Below, piece after piece: positions 33,192 to 47,326 of a stretch of DNA of 64,000 nucleotides (within the stretch, counting starts at the first letter, position 1; each line of letters begins with the position of its first letter). The DNA comes from Eledone cirrhosa (taxonomy: Eukaryota). The notes beneath the pieces are model-generated. The model did not search any database. It worked only from the letters and a program-made list of their open reading frames with translations, and was not told the DNA's origin. The stretch spans positions 3,968,001 to 4,032,000 of the forward strand of contig OZ024764.1 in assembly GCA_964016885.1 (NCBI GenBank), read 5' to 3'. A program made the translations under genes and the position numbers.

Positions 33192-33411
33192 TAACATTAT
33201 TCTAGAATTTAATTTAATTTAAATGTTAGTTAACCTATAAATTTAATTTAATTAATATTTTATTACAGATGAGAAAACATTATGTAATCATTAATTTTGA
33301 AAAACCTTTAAATATTACTAATATATATTCAGTAATTTAATTTATAGATTAATTTTAACTTATTTTAACCTTTTATTATAATTTTTTAATTTAGTTTAAC
33401 CTTTTATTATA

Positions 33412-35025
33412 AAATTTTTTTTATTATTATTTTTTTTTTTTTTTTTTTTATTTAAATATTACTAATATATATTAAGTAATTTAATTTATAGATTAATTTT
33501 AACTTATTTTAACCTTTTATTATAATTTTTTAATTTAGTTTAACCTTTTATTATAAAATTTTTTTTTATTATAATTCTTTTACAGATAAATTATAACAAA
33601 ATAATATCATGTATCCTATGACGGAGAATGAATTTTTAGTATTATTGACCTAATTAATATACATTTTGGAAATATATTTATTATTTGGTTTTAGCTTTAA
33701 TCAACCTAAAACTTTAATTTTAATTTTAATTTGCTTAAAATTAGTATCCTTGTACAGACGAATTGCAGAATTTCATGTAATCATAGAATGGGAGGTGTTT
33801 TTGGATATATACCTAGTTAATATATTCTGTGCAAATTTTTTGGAAAAGATATGTATATCTATATGTATATGTATATGTGTGTATTGTATGTGTATCTGTA
33901 TGTATATTTATGTGACTATATATGTATGTATGTGTGTATATATGTGTATATATATATATATATATATGTGTATGTATATGTATATGTATGTGTATGTGTA
34001 TGTATATGTATGTGTATGCGTATTAATTTTGATTTTTATTTGCATATAATTATATTATGCTATTGATGAAATACAATATCTGCTTTATGTATTGTATACC
34101 TAATTAACATATACTAATTAACATATACTATTGAAATAAATATATAATTTTTAACTTAGTTTACATATAATTTATATGCTACTACCGATGTAATACTTTA
34201 TTTTATTTTTATTTGGGTTTCTTTTCCCTATTATTAACTTTAATTTAGTTATAATGTAATTAATAATCTACTACTGTTTGACTTCATAATTCTGCTTCAA
34301 ATATTATAAACCTAACTAATTTACACCTTGGAAATCAATATGTTGACTATCTTTGGTTTAGTTGACATATGATTAATGGTATACTTTTTTATTTTGTGAT
34401 GCATAGATTTCGTATTTCCTAGCATTGAAAATATGTAAGAACATACATTGAATTAAGATATGGAAAATATTATAGGTTTCTTGAAACATATATTTACTTT
34501 GATCCCCTTCTCCAAACCCCCCCCTTTCCCCCATACTATTATCATCTGTTTTTGTAAGTGTATATGTATGAATATATGGGTAGATGGGTGTCTATATAGT
34601 TTTTTTGGTATTTATTTCTAGATATAAAAATACATATATGAGCATGTAAATATGAATGTAAGATTGAGTGTGTATATATGATTGTACATACATATGTATG
34701 TATATGTATGTATATATATGTATTATATATGTACGTGTATGTGAATGTGTGGTATATATATGTGTAGGTATATGTATATATGTGTGCGTATGTGTATGCT
34801 TGTATATAGGAATATATATGTGTGTATATATGTATATATGTATATGCGTGTTTGCATGTATGTGTATATGGGTTCTGTATATATTTGTATGTCTCTCTAT
34901 TTATATGTTTATCTTCGTATCTATGTGATATATGTGTGTGTGTATGCATGTATGCATATGTATGTGTTTGTGTGTGTTTGTATGTGTGTGTGTATATATA
35001 TGTATGTATTTGCGCACACTCACAT

Positions 35026-35060
<35 letters not shown>

Positions 35061-35152
35061 AGTGTGTATGTGTGTCTGTATGTGTGTGCGTGTGTATATA
35101 TGTGTATATATATATATATGTGTATGTATGTGTATGTGTGTGTATATAGATA

Positions 35153-35191
<39 letters not shown>

Positions 35192-35576
35192 ATATAGGTG
35201 TCTATGTGTGAATATATGTCTTTATTCGTATGTGTGTATTTATATATGTTTATATTTAGGTGTATGTATGTATGTGTATGTATGTATGTATATGTATGTG
35301 TATGTATGTATATGTGTATATGTGTGTATATGTATGTATATATATATATATATATATATATTATTCTTTATTATTATTGTAATATAACTTATGTGTATAT
35401 GTGTATAAGTGAGGTTGTGTATGTATATATACTATGTGTATATATAAGGGTAATGAAATGTATATATATATATATATATGTGCATGTCTGTATTTTATGT
35501 GTGTGTGTATATATATATATATGTGTATGTGTGTATATGTGTATGTATATATGCATATATGTGTACGTGTGTGTAT

Positions 35577-35624
<48 letters not shown>

Positions 35625-35734
35625 GGATGTTTGTATGTGTTTTCATGGTGGTATGAGTGTGGGATATATATGTTTATGTATAAGTATATGTATGTGTATG
35701 TATATATATATGAGTCTATGTGTGTGTGTGTATA

Positions 35735-35781
<47 letters not shown>

Positions 35782-36760
35782 ATGTGTGTATGTGTTGCGC
35801 GTGTGTGTGTGTCCGTATTTTTATCTTTTTATATGTGTATGTGTATGTTCGTGTAAATGTATGTGTGTGTATGACAGTATAGGTATGTGTGTATGTATGT
35901 ATGTGTAGATATCTCTATGTGCGCGTACATGTATGTATGTGTATGTATATCTGTATGCGTATGTACATTATATTATGTAATATATTTTATTGTTTTTATT
36001 TTTTTATTTTTCATAATTTATAGATACATTTATATTAGGCTGTCTGGTCTGACAACCTAATACTGACCCCTCCCCCCCCCTCCCACCTAATTTCTGTATC
36101 TTGATCTTGAAATGTGTGTACCAGTGTGTTTATGTGAGTGACTTAATTTCTATTTGCTTATGATTTTATATCCACATATATAAATGTGAGTGGGGGGTGT
36201 GTGTGTGTTTGTGTGTTCGTGGTTATGTGTATATTTATATAAATACGCACATGTATGTGTGATTATACTGATATGTGTGAGTATGAAAAAAATATATTTA
36301 TATGCTTGACTACATAAGTATCATTGCGTATCTTATCAGCGCATTAGGCTTACAGAGATATTAACCTTGAAATTTTTTATTTGCATCCATCTTTTTAGTA
36401 TGCACATACATATTATACACACATTATTGTAAAATGTGTGTAGGGTTTTACATGTATATACACACACCAAACTGCTTTTTTAACCCTTTGTGTTTTCATT
36501 GGTCAATTTTGAACTGATATTTTGAATTGTTGTTATTATCAATAAATATACTTCATTATTTCTGAAGACGGCGTATATATGAGTTAGGTATGTATATTTA
36601 ATCTTGATAATTTGTATAATTTTGTATAATTTTGTACATAGATCTGTTAAATATGCATACCAATTATAGCACATATATGCCCTAGAAACGATCGTTAAAT
36701 AGTGAACTTTTTTTGTTTAATATAAGGAATTGTTTGTTCATTATTTGTTTAATATTTTAT
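33412..36760 (+). repeat. Right arm of the ~3.35-kb inverted repeat (3' UTR/pseudo-LTR of the Penelope-like element)
   Basis: Reverse complement of 27353-30700. Preceded by a ~115-bp direct duplication (33309-33422 vs 33454-33570). Confidence 0.97.
36552..36706 (+). ncRNA. Type I hammerhead ribozyme motif with a long stem II insertion
   Basis: TTCATTATTT-CTGAAGA-C-GGCGTATAT..(~95 nt)..ATATATGCC-CTA-GAAA-CGATCG-TT-AAATAGTGAA: 10-bp stem I, 9-bp stem II, palindromic stem III. Confidence 0.72.
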
Positions 36761-36890
36761 CTTGACTCTGTATACCGTTTATCTTTCACCGAAATTGGAT
36801 TTTCATTACATCTCTTCTTTCCATGATATCCGGAATACATTGAGTTCTTCATACGGATTGGACACTACCGTAAACTCTTGGTAGATTTAT

Positions 36891-38698
<1,808 letters not shown>

Positions 38699-38703
<5 letters not shown>

Positions 38704-40768
38704 CCCAATAGACGGACCAGCAGTGTTAGTCGAGGGGAGTATAATAAGTAAGGCAATCAAGGATATGAAGACGGGTAAGGCGGCTGGGCCTTCGGAAATA
38801 GTTGCTGAGATGCTGAAGGCATCTGGCACGGTGGGACACACCATGGTCACCCGGATAGTAAACCAAGTCATACAGAATGGGGTTGTTCCGAAGGACTGGC
38901 ATAGCAGCATCATCGTTAACTGTTATAAGGGTAAAGGAGACGCCCTAGATAGGAGTAACTATAGAGGCATTAAATTAATCGACCAGGTCATGAAGGTCAC
39001 GGAAAAAGTAATAGCGCAACTAATCAGAGAGAGAATTGACCTAGATGAAATGCAGTTCGGGTTTGTGTCAGGCAAAAGTACCACAGACGCTCTTTTCATA
39101 GTACGACAACTACAGGAGAAGTACCTAGCTAAAGGTAAACCCCTCTACTTAGCTTTTGTCGACCTAGAGAAAGCCTTCGACAGAGTTCCCCGCTCCATTA
39201 TCTGGTGGGCTCTTAGAAAACTAGGTGTTGACGAATGGCTTGTGAGGGCTATACAAGCCATGTATAAAGAAACAGTCAGCAAGGTTAGAATTAACAACGA
39301 ATATAGTGAAGAGTTTAGCGTAAAAGTTGGCGTCCATCAGGGCTCTGTTCTCAGCCCCCTACTATTTATTATTGCCCTTCAGGCTATAACAGAGGAGTTC
39401 AAGACAGGCTGCCCATGGGAACTCCTATACGCAGACGACCTGACACTCATAGCGGAATCAATGGCCGAGCTAGAGAAGAAATTCCAAACATGGAAGCACG
39501 GCCTAGAGTCAAAAGGACTTAAAATTAACCTGGCTAAGACCAAAGTTCTAGTTTGTAGGAAAGAAAACAAGGTGGCAGTCCCTTCTGGGAAATGGTCGTG
39601 CTCGGTGTGTAGGAAAGGCGTAGGTAGAAACTCCATTTTATGTCCTAAATGCAAAGTATGGGTGCATAAAAGATGTAGTGGGATCACAGGTAAGCTAACT
39701 AAGAACATAGATTTTACATGTGGCCGGTGTTCTGGTGCAATAAGTAGCAGCAAGTGCCCACAAAATACTAGCTCTTTCAATTGCGCAGAGGGTTCTATAG
39801 AAATAGTGGACAGCTTCCGTTACCTGGGCGATAAAATCAGCAGTGGGGGGAGGGTGCTCTGAAAGTACAGTAGCTAGAGTCAGAACTGGTTGGAAAAAGT
39901 TCAGAGAGATTATACCACTATTAGCTGCTAAAGGGTTCTCCCTAAAAAGGAAAGGCAGGTTGTACGATGCCTGCATACGAACAGCAATGTTGCATGGCAG
40001 TGAGACCTGGGCATTGTGTGCAGAGGATATACGCAGACTAGAGAGGAACGAAGCTTGCATGCTCCGCTGGATGTGTAACAGTAATATACGTGAACGGCAA
40101 AGCATAAATGAACTAAGGAAAAAATTAGAGATAAGAGGGATCAGATGTTGTTTACTCGAGAGAAGGCTACGTTGGTATGGACACGTGATGCGCATGAAAG
40201 TCGATAGCTGTATAACAAAGTGCAGGGCAATAAAGATAGACGGTAGTCACGGAATAGGCAGACCTAGAAAAACCTGGGACGAGCTGATAAACTCCGACAT
40301 CACACACTTAGACCTCTCCAAGACAATGTCACTGGACCGAGACCTTTGGCGGTACTCAGTAACAGAGAAGACCCGCCTTACCTAAATATATAGTAAAACC
40401 TACTCCAGCCAGTAGGCATCTCTAACAAAATACACCCCGTCCCACCACCACCCCATCCACACCACCCCGTTCTATGTAAAGTTATGTTGGTGCCGCGCCA
40501 TCCAGGCCGAAACAAATGAGATCGTGTAGGTGTCACGACAAAAAACACACAGTCCACGCTGTAATGTGGCCGTGTAGGCAACACGGTAAAAACCTCCCAG
40601 CCCCACACTGTAAATGTGGTTGGTGTTAGGAAGGGCATCCAACTGTAGAAAACCTGCCAGACAGTCCTATGCGAGCAAGACAATCACTCTTGCCTCAAGT
40701 GGGACGACCCCCGTCCAAACCCATGCAAGCATGGAACACGGACGTTAAACGTTGATGATGATGATGAT
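38699..40768 (+). mobile_element. 5'-truncated RTE LINE family C (RT with PHD insert at 39599-39730), one frameshift near 39850, 3' UTR and (GAT)n tail
   Basis: [37 protein letters not shown]. Continues in ORF 39843-40385. Tail GGACGTTAAACGTTGATGATG. Confidence 0.95.
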
Positions 40769-40773
40769 ATATG

Positions 40774-40818
<45 letters not shown>

Positions 40819-40933
40819 GTATATATATATATAGATGTATATATATATATATATCTATATATATGTATATATGTATATATATGTATATATATATATAGAT
40901 GTATATATATATATATATCTATATATATATATG

Positions 40934-41003
<70 letters not shown>

Positions 41004-41027
41004 TGTATGTATATATATATATGTATG

Positions 41028-41062
<35 letters not shown>

Positions 41063-41107
41063 AATATATATGTATGTATGTATATATATGTATGTATGTA
41101 TATATAT

Positions 41108-42385
41108 CATGAAAAAGCTACTAAGAGAAACCCTCGAAAATTTATCGCTGTATTAGCGATAAATTTTCGAGGGTTTCTCTTAGTAGCTTTTTCATGTCGT
41201 TAATATTATGATGTTCCCTGCTGTATTAGCGTTAAATTTTCCCTGCTGTATTAGCGATAAATTTTCGAGGGTTTCTCTTAGTAGCTTTTTTCATGACGTT
41301 ATTATTGTTAATTTTACTGATGTAGTATTAACTTATTAACTTGGATATTTACCATGCGGTATTCTAATCCTATTGTATCTCTCTCAGTTATTTACCATGC
41401 GACCCTCAGTTCCTACCCCCCCCCCTCTATGCACTTCTTTAAGGCTTACTACCCTGTCTTTAACCTAATTCATTCAATCTGAAAATATTGAAGAGATAAG
41501 ACACTTTGCCATTCTTCTCTGCTAAAATGTACCAGTAGAGCTGATTCAAATTTTCCCAGCCAGCCATCCACCTAATCTACGAAGGTATTTTAGCCTACAT
41601 ATTGTCGTTAATATTATGATGTTCCCTGCTGTATTAGCGTTAAATTTTCCCTGCTGTATTAGCGATAAATTTTCGAGGGTTTCTCTTAGTAGCTTTTTCA
41701 TGTCGTTAATATTATGATGTTCCCTGCTGTATTAGCGTTAAATTTTCCCTGCTGTATTAGCGATAAATTTTCGAGGGTTTCTCTTAGTAGCTTTTTTCAT
41801 GACGTTATTATTGTTAATTTTACTGATGTAGTATTAACTTATTAACTTGGATATTTACCATGCGGTATTCTAATCCTATTGTATCTCTCTCAGTTATTTA
41901 CCATGCGACCCTCAGTTCCTACCCCCCCCCCCCTCTATGCACTTCTTTAAGGCTTACTACCCTGTCTTTAACCTAATTCATTCAATCTGAAAATATTGAA
42001 GAGATAAGACACTTTGCCATTCTTCTCTGCTAAAATGTACCAGTAGAGCTGATTCAAATTTTCCCAGCCAGCCATCCACCTAATCTACGAAGGTATTTTA
42101 GCCTACATATTGTCGTTAATATTATGATGTTCCCTGCTGTATTAGCGTTAAATTTTCCCTGCTGTATTAGCGATAAATTTTCGAGGGTTTCTCTTAGTAG
42201 CTTTTTCATGTCGTTAATATTATGATGTTCCCTGCTGTATTAGCGTTAAATTTTCCCTGCTGTATTAGCGATAAATTTTCGAGGGTTTCTCTTAGTAGCT
42301 TTTTTCATGACGTTATTATTGTTAATTTTACTGATGTAGTATTAACTTGGATATTTACCATGCGACCCTCAGTTCCTACCTCACA
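41108..42385 (+). repeat. Terminal ~40-bp-arm hairpin (41108-41196) followed by ~2.3 tandem copies of a ~507-bp unit with internal ~100-bp subrepeats
   Basis: TGTCGTTAATATTATGATGTTCCCTGCTG recurs at 41195, ~41603, 41701, ~42112 and 42209. Confidence 0.9.
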
Positions 42386-42616
42386 ATTTCCCTCCCCCCC
42401 ACCCCCACACACCACCATAGTCTATTCGACCAATCAAACCTAGCATGCCATTTCCACTGCTGCTGCTGCTACTACCTGCCTAACTAACTCTCTCCTCGCA
42501 TCCCAACACACCCTGCCATTACCCCACCACCACTGTCCTTCTAGCCCTCAATTTTCCCACCGTTAGGGATGGATGAGCTGGGAATACACGAGCAACTCTG
42601 AATCAATAGATGAAAT

Positions 42617-45600
42617 ATGAATCTGCGAGCTACCAAGCACCCACGTGAAGCGCCAACCCAGAGACCCTCCCCTACGAGTGTCGACAAATGCCCAAAACTC
42701 CGAGTTGGTACCATCAATGTAGGCTCAATGAAAGGAAGAGCAGGAGAAATCGTAGAAATGCTAGAGCGAAAGGAAGTTGATGTATGCTGTGTGCAAGAGA
42801 CTAGATGGAGAGGAGGGTCTGCTAGAGTCCTTGTAGGAAAAAGCCAGTGCTACAAATTTTTCTGGGTGGGAAATGACGATGGGATGGGTGGTGTAGGTAT
42901 ACTATTAGCTGACAAGTGGGTAGATAAAGTAATCTCAGTGTACAGGGTAAATGCAAGAATCATTAAACTCAGACTAGTCCTGAATAAGACAATTACCACA
43001 ATAATATCAGCTTACGCACCCCAATCAGGGCTGCCAGACGAACTTAAGGATAGGTTTTACGAGTCCCTAATACACACTACTGCTCTAACAGACGACAAGG
43101 ACTTCCTAATCATTGCAGGAGATTTTAACGGACACGTAGGTAAACACTGCGACGGCTTCAATAGAGTACATGGAGGCCATGGAGTTGGCACAAGGAATGA
43201 GGAAGGATTCAGACTTCTAGAATTCTGCGACGCCAATGACATGTCGATATGTAACACAAACTTTAAAAAACCCGACAACCACCTGATCACCTATAGATCA
43301 GGGGAGCACTCTAGTCAGTTAGATTTTATCCTCATCAGAGGACGTGACAGATGGACGGTCGTAAACACAAAAGCCTTCCCTAGTGAGGAATGTACATCCC
43401 AACATAGCTTAGTTGTCAGCGACCTCACGGTCAGAACTAGACGAGCCCTGAAACAGAGGCCAACCTGGAGAAGAAAGATCTGGAAGCTGAAAGTCCCCTC
43501 AACCAGTAACAGATTTAAAGATATTTTACTCAACGCCTACGACAGTAAAGAAGAACAGATAGAGACATTTAACGTAGAAGAGAACTGGGAGTTCCTAAAA
43601 AATAACTTACTAGAGGCGACGGATGAGGTTTGTGGCTGGAGTAAGACCTCAAGCAGGAGGAGAGTGACTTGGTGGTGGAACAATAAGGTAGATGAAGCAG
43701 TCAAGGCCAAGAGACAGGCATGGAAAGAATGGAAGAACGGGGGGAGCAGGGTACATTACATAGAGACCAAGAGGGAAGCTAGGCGACAAGTATACTTCGC
43801 TAGGAGGGAAGCAGAGGATAGAAAATTCAAGCATGTTTTACAACGTGAGGACCAGAAACAGGAGGTATTCAAGATTGCGAGGCAGTGTGTCAGAGATAGT
43901 TGTGATGTCATTGGAGAGAAGTGTATCCGGAATGATAAAGGTGAGCTTGCCCTCACAAGTGCTGAGAAGAAAGATGCATGGAAGAGTCATTATGATAGAT
44001 TACTAAATGAGGAGAATGCATGGGAAGAAGAGACCCTACCCCACGTAGACCCTATAGAGGGACCAGCAGTACAAGTCAGCGGCAGCGTAGTAAGTAAGGC
44101 AATCAGAGATATGAAGATAGGGAAGGCAACCGGTCCATCGGGTATAGCTGCCGAGATGCTGAAGGCATCTGGGTCTGTAGGTCACACTATAACCACACGT
44201 ATCGTTAACCAGGTAATACTAGAGGGGGCCATACCAAAAGATTGGTGCAGTAGCATCATTGTCAACTGCTACAAAGGTAAAGGCGATGCACTAGATAGAG
44301 GAAACTATAGAGGTATAAAGTTGATGGACCAGGTCATGAAAGTAACAGAAAGAGTTATAGCACAGCTGATTAGGGACCGGGTGAATATAGACGAGATGCA
44401 ATTTGGGTTTGTTCCAGGGAAAGGCACCACTGATGCGCTCTTCCTTGTGAGGCAATTACAGGAAAAGTACCTAGCTAAAAGTAAGCCACTCTACTTGGCA
44501 TTTGTCGACCTTGAGAAAGCCTTTGACAGAGTTCCACGTGCAGTAATCTGGTGGGCTCTTAGAAAACTAGGAGTAGATGAATGGCTTGTGAAAGCGGTAC
44601 AAGCCATGTATAGGGGAGCAGTCAGCAAAGTTAGGATTGGCAATGAGTATAGCGAGGAATTTAGCGTACAGGTTGGGGTCCACCAGGGCTCTGTTCTTAG
44701 CCCTCTCCTGTTCATCATAGTCCTGCAGGCAATAACGGAGGAGTTTAAGACCGGATGCCCATGGGAACTCCTGTATGCTGATGACCTCGCACTCATAGCT
44801 GAATCTATGGTAGAACTAGAGAATAAATTCCAAACCTGGAAGCAGGGACTAGAGAGAAAGGGCCTCAAAGTCAACATGACAAAGACTAAGGTCCTTATAA
44901 GTAGACGAGAAAACAGAACCCAGATCCCCTCAGGGAAATGGCCTTGCTCAGTATGTAGGAAAGGTGTAGGTAGGAACTCCATTCTTTGCCCCAAATGCAA
45001 ACAATGGGTACACAAGAGATGTAGCGGGATCTCAGGAAGCTTAATTAAGAATGTAGGATTCACATGCAGCAGCTGTGCTGAAACAGCAAGCAAACAGCCA
45101 CAGGAAACAAGTACCACCAATCTCTGGGAGGGCCCTGTAGAAACAGTAGACAGCTTCTGCTACCTAGGTGACCGAATTAGCAACGGAGGTGGGTGCTCAG
45201 AAAGTACAATAACTAGGGTAAGAACGGGATGGAAGAAGTTTAGGGAACTACTACCACTGCTAGCTGCAAAAGGCTTCTCCCTCAGAATGAAAGGCAGACT
45301 GTATGATGCGTGTATCCGAACAGCGATGTTGCATGGTAGTGAGACCTGGGCGCTGAAGGTGGAAGACTTACGTAGATTAGAGAGAAACGAAGCCTGCATG
45401 CTCCGATGGATGTGTAACAGTAATATACGTGAACGACAAAGCATAAATGAATTGAGAGAGAGACTGAGCATAAGAGGAATCAAATGCTGCGTGCAGGAGA
45501 GGCGGTTACGCTGGTATGGACATGTGATGCGTATGAAGGATGACAGCTGCATAAAAAGGTGCAGAGCACTAGAAGTTGATGGAAACCGCGGAGTGGGGAG

Positions 45601-45736
45601 ACCCAAGATGACTTGGGATGAGGTGATAAAAGCCGACCTTACCCAACTACACCTCTCAAAGTCAATGACACACGACCGTGACTTCTGGCGTCACGCAGTA
45701 ATACAGGGTACCCGACCTCCCATGGGTACATGCTGA
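42617..45736 (+). CDS. Intact RTE-clade LINE ORF (family B): APE endonuclease and reverse transcriptase with embedded PHD-type finger, 1039 aa
   Basis: APE motifs [29 protein letters not shown] and QHSLV. RT motifs KATGPSGI, NYRGIKL, QFGF, DLEKAFD, QGSVLSP, YADD and YLG. C-terminal [11 protein letters not shown]. 3' UTR and (GAT)n tail run to ~46039. Confidence 0.97.
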   Translation: MNLRATKHPREAPTQRPSPTSVDKCPKLRVGTINVGSMKGRAGEIVEMLERKEVDVCCVQETRWRGGSARVLVGKSQCYKFFWVGNDDGMGGVGILLADKWVDKVISVYRVNARIIKLRLVLNKTITTIISAYAPQSGLPDELKDRFYESLIHTTALTDDKDFLIIAGDFNGHVGKHCDGFNRVHGGHGVGTRNEEGFRLLEFCDANDMSICNTNFKKPDNHLITYRSGEHSSQLDFILIRGRDRWTVVNTKAFPSEECTSQHSLVVSDLTVRTRRALKQRPTWRRKIWKLKVPSTSNRFKDILLNAYDSKEEQIETFNVEENWEFLKNNLLEATDEVCGWSKTSSRRRVTWWWNNKVDEAVKAKRQAWKEWKNGGSRVHYIETKREARRQVYFARREAEDRKFKHVLQREDQKQEVFKIARQCVRDSCDVIGEKCIRNDKGELALTSAEKKDAWKSHYDRLLNEENAWEEETLPHVDPIEGPAVQVSGSVVSKAIRDMKIGKATGPSGIAAEMLKASGSVGHTITTRIVNQVILEGAIPKDWCSSIIVNCYKGKGDALDRGNYRGIKLMDQVMKVTERVIAQLIRDRVNIDEMQFGFVPGKGTTDALFLVRQLQEKYLAKSKPLYLAFVDLEKAFDRVPRAVIWWALRKLGVDEWLVKAVQAMYRGAVSKVRIGNEYSEEFSVQVGVHQGSVLSPLLFIIVLQAITEEFKTGCPWELLYADDLALIAESMVELENKFQTWKQGLERKGLKVNMTKTKVLISRRENRTQIPSGKWPCSVCRKGVGRNSILCPKCKQWVHKRCSGISGSLIKNVGFTCSSCAETASKQPQETSTTNLWEGPVETVDSFCYLGDRISNGGGCSESTITRVRTGWKKFRELLPLLAAKGFSLRMKGRLYDACIRTAMLHGSETWALKVEDLRRLERNEACMLRWMCNSNIRERQSINELRERLSIRGIKCCVQERRLRWYGHVMRMKDDSCIKRCRALEVDGNRGVGRPKMTWDEVIKADLTQLHLSKSMTHDRDFWRHAVIQGTRPPMGTC

Positions 45737-46044
45737 AGCATATAAACAATATGCCCCCCCCCCCCCCCCCACCGCAAGGTGGTCGTGGAGGTGCCACGGC
45801 AAAAAAGCACCCAGCCCACACTGTAAAGTGGACGTGTAGGCGCCACGAAAAAGCACCCAGCACTCACTGTAAATGAGGTTGGTGTTAGGAAGGGCATCCA
45901 GCTGTAGAAATCAAGCCAGATCAGTTCCTGTATGAGCAAGGCATGGTCAGCCGACCAGACACTGCCCACAACAGGACAACCCGTCTAACCCATGCTAGCG
46001 TGGAAGAACGGACGTAAAACGGTGATGATGATGATGATGATATA

Positions 46045-46163
46045 TCATCATCATCATCAACGTTTAACGTCCGTGTTCCACGCTTGCATGGGTTATATAT
46101 GTATGTATATATATATGTATGTGTATGTATGTATATATATATGTATATATATATGTATGTATG

Positions 46164-46194
<31 letters not shown>

Positions 46195-46305
46195 GTATGT
46201 ATGTATGTATATATATATGTATGTATATATATATATATATATATATATACGTATGTATATATATATATGTATATATATATATGTATATATATATATATAC
46301 GTATG

Positions 46306-46338
<33 letters not shown>

Positions 46339-46357
46339 GTATGTATATATATATATG

Positions 46358-46390
<33 letters not shown>

Positions 46391-46409
46391 GTATGTATAT
46401 ATATATATG

Positions 46410-46442
<33 letters not shown>

Positions 46443-46503
46443 GTATGTATATATATATATGTATATATATATATGTATATATATATATGTATATATATAT
46501 ATG

Positions 46504-46588
<85 letters not shown>

Positions 46589-47051
46589 GTATGTATATAT
46601 ATATATGTATATATATATGTATATATATATATGTATATATATGTATGTATGTATATATATATGTATGTATGTATATATATATATGTATGTATGTATATAT
46701 ATATATGTATGTATGTATATATATATATGTATGTATGTATATATATATATGTATGTATGTATATATATATATGTATGTATATATATATATATGTATGTGT
46801 ATATATATATATGTATGTGTATATATATATATGTATGTGTATATATATATATGTATGTGTATATATATATATGTATGTGTATATATATATATGTATGTGT
46901 ATATATATATATGTATGTATATATATATATGTATGTATATATATATATATGTATGTATATATATATGTATGTATATATATATATATGTATGTATGTATAT
47001 ATATATATATGTATGTATATATATATGTATGTATATATATATATATGTATG

Positions 47052-47106
<55 letters not shown>

Positions 47107-47131
47107 CTATGTATATATATATATATGTATG

Positions 47132-47230
<99 letters not shown>

Positions 47231-47242
47231 ATATATATATAT

Positions 47243-47326
<84 letters not shown>

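Larger units (their letters stand above)
27353..36890 (+). mobile_element. Penelope-like retroelement (family 1): inverted upstream pseudo-LTR copy, 5'-truncated RT/GIY-YIG ORF, ~3.7-kb 3' region/pseudo-LTR
   Basis: Defined by the ORF, the inverted arms and the hammerheads below. Flanked on both sides by the same-orientation (TA)nTG microsatellite. Confidence 0.88.

Noticed and set aside
33255-33315. Possible extra hammerhead (CAGATGA...GAAA-AACCTT-TA) just after the Penelope stop codon
   Set aside because: The core is mutated and there is no convincing stem I in very AT-rich sequence.
27353-36760. Long terminal inverted repeats suggesting a DNA transposon (Polinton or foldback type)
   Set aside because: The enclosed ORF is a Penelope-type RT/GIY-YIG with no transposase, integrase or polymerase B. 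The right side extends 130 nt beyond the repeat, as expected for an inverted pseudo-LTR.
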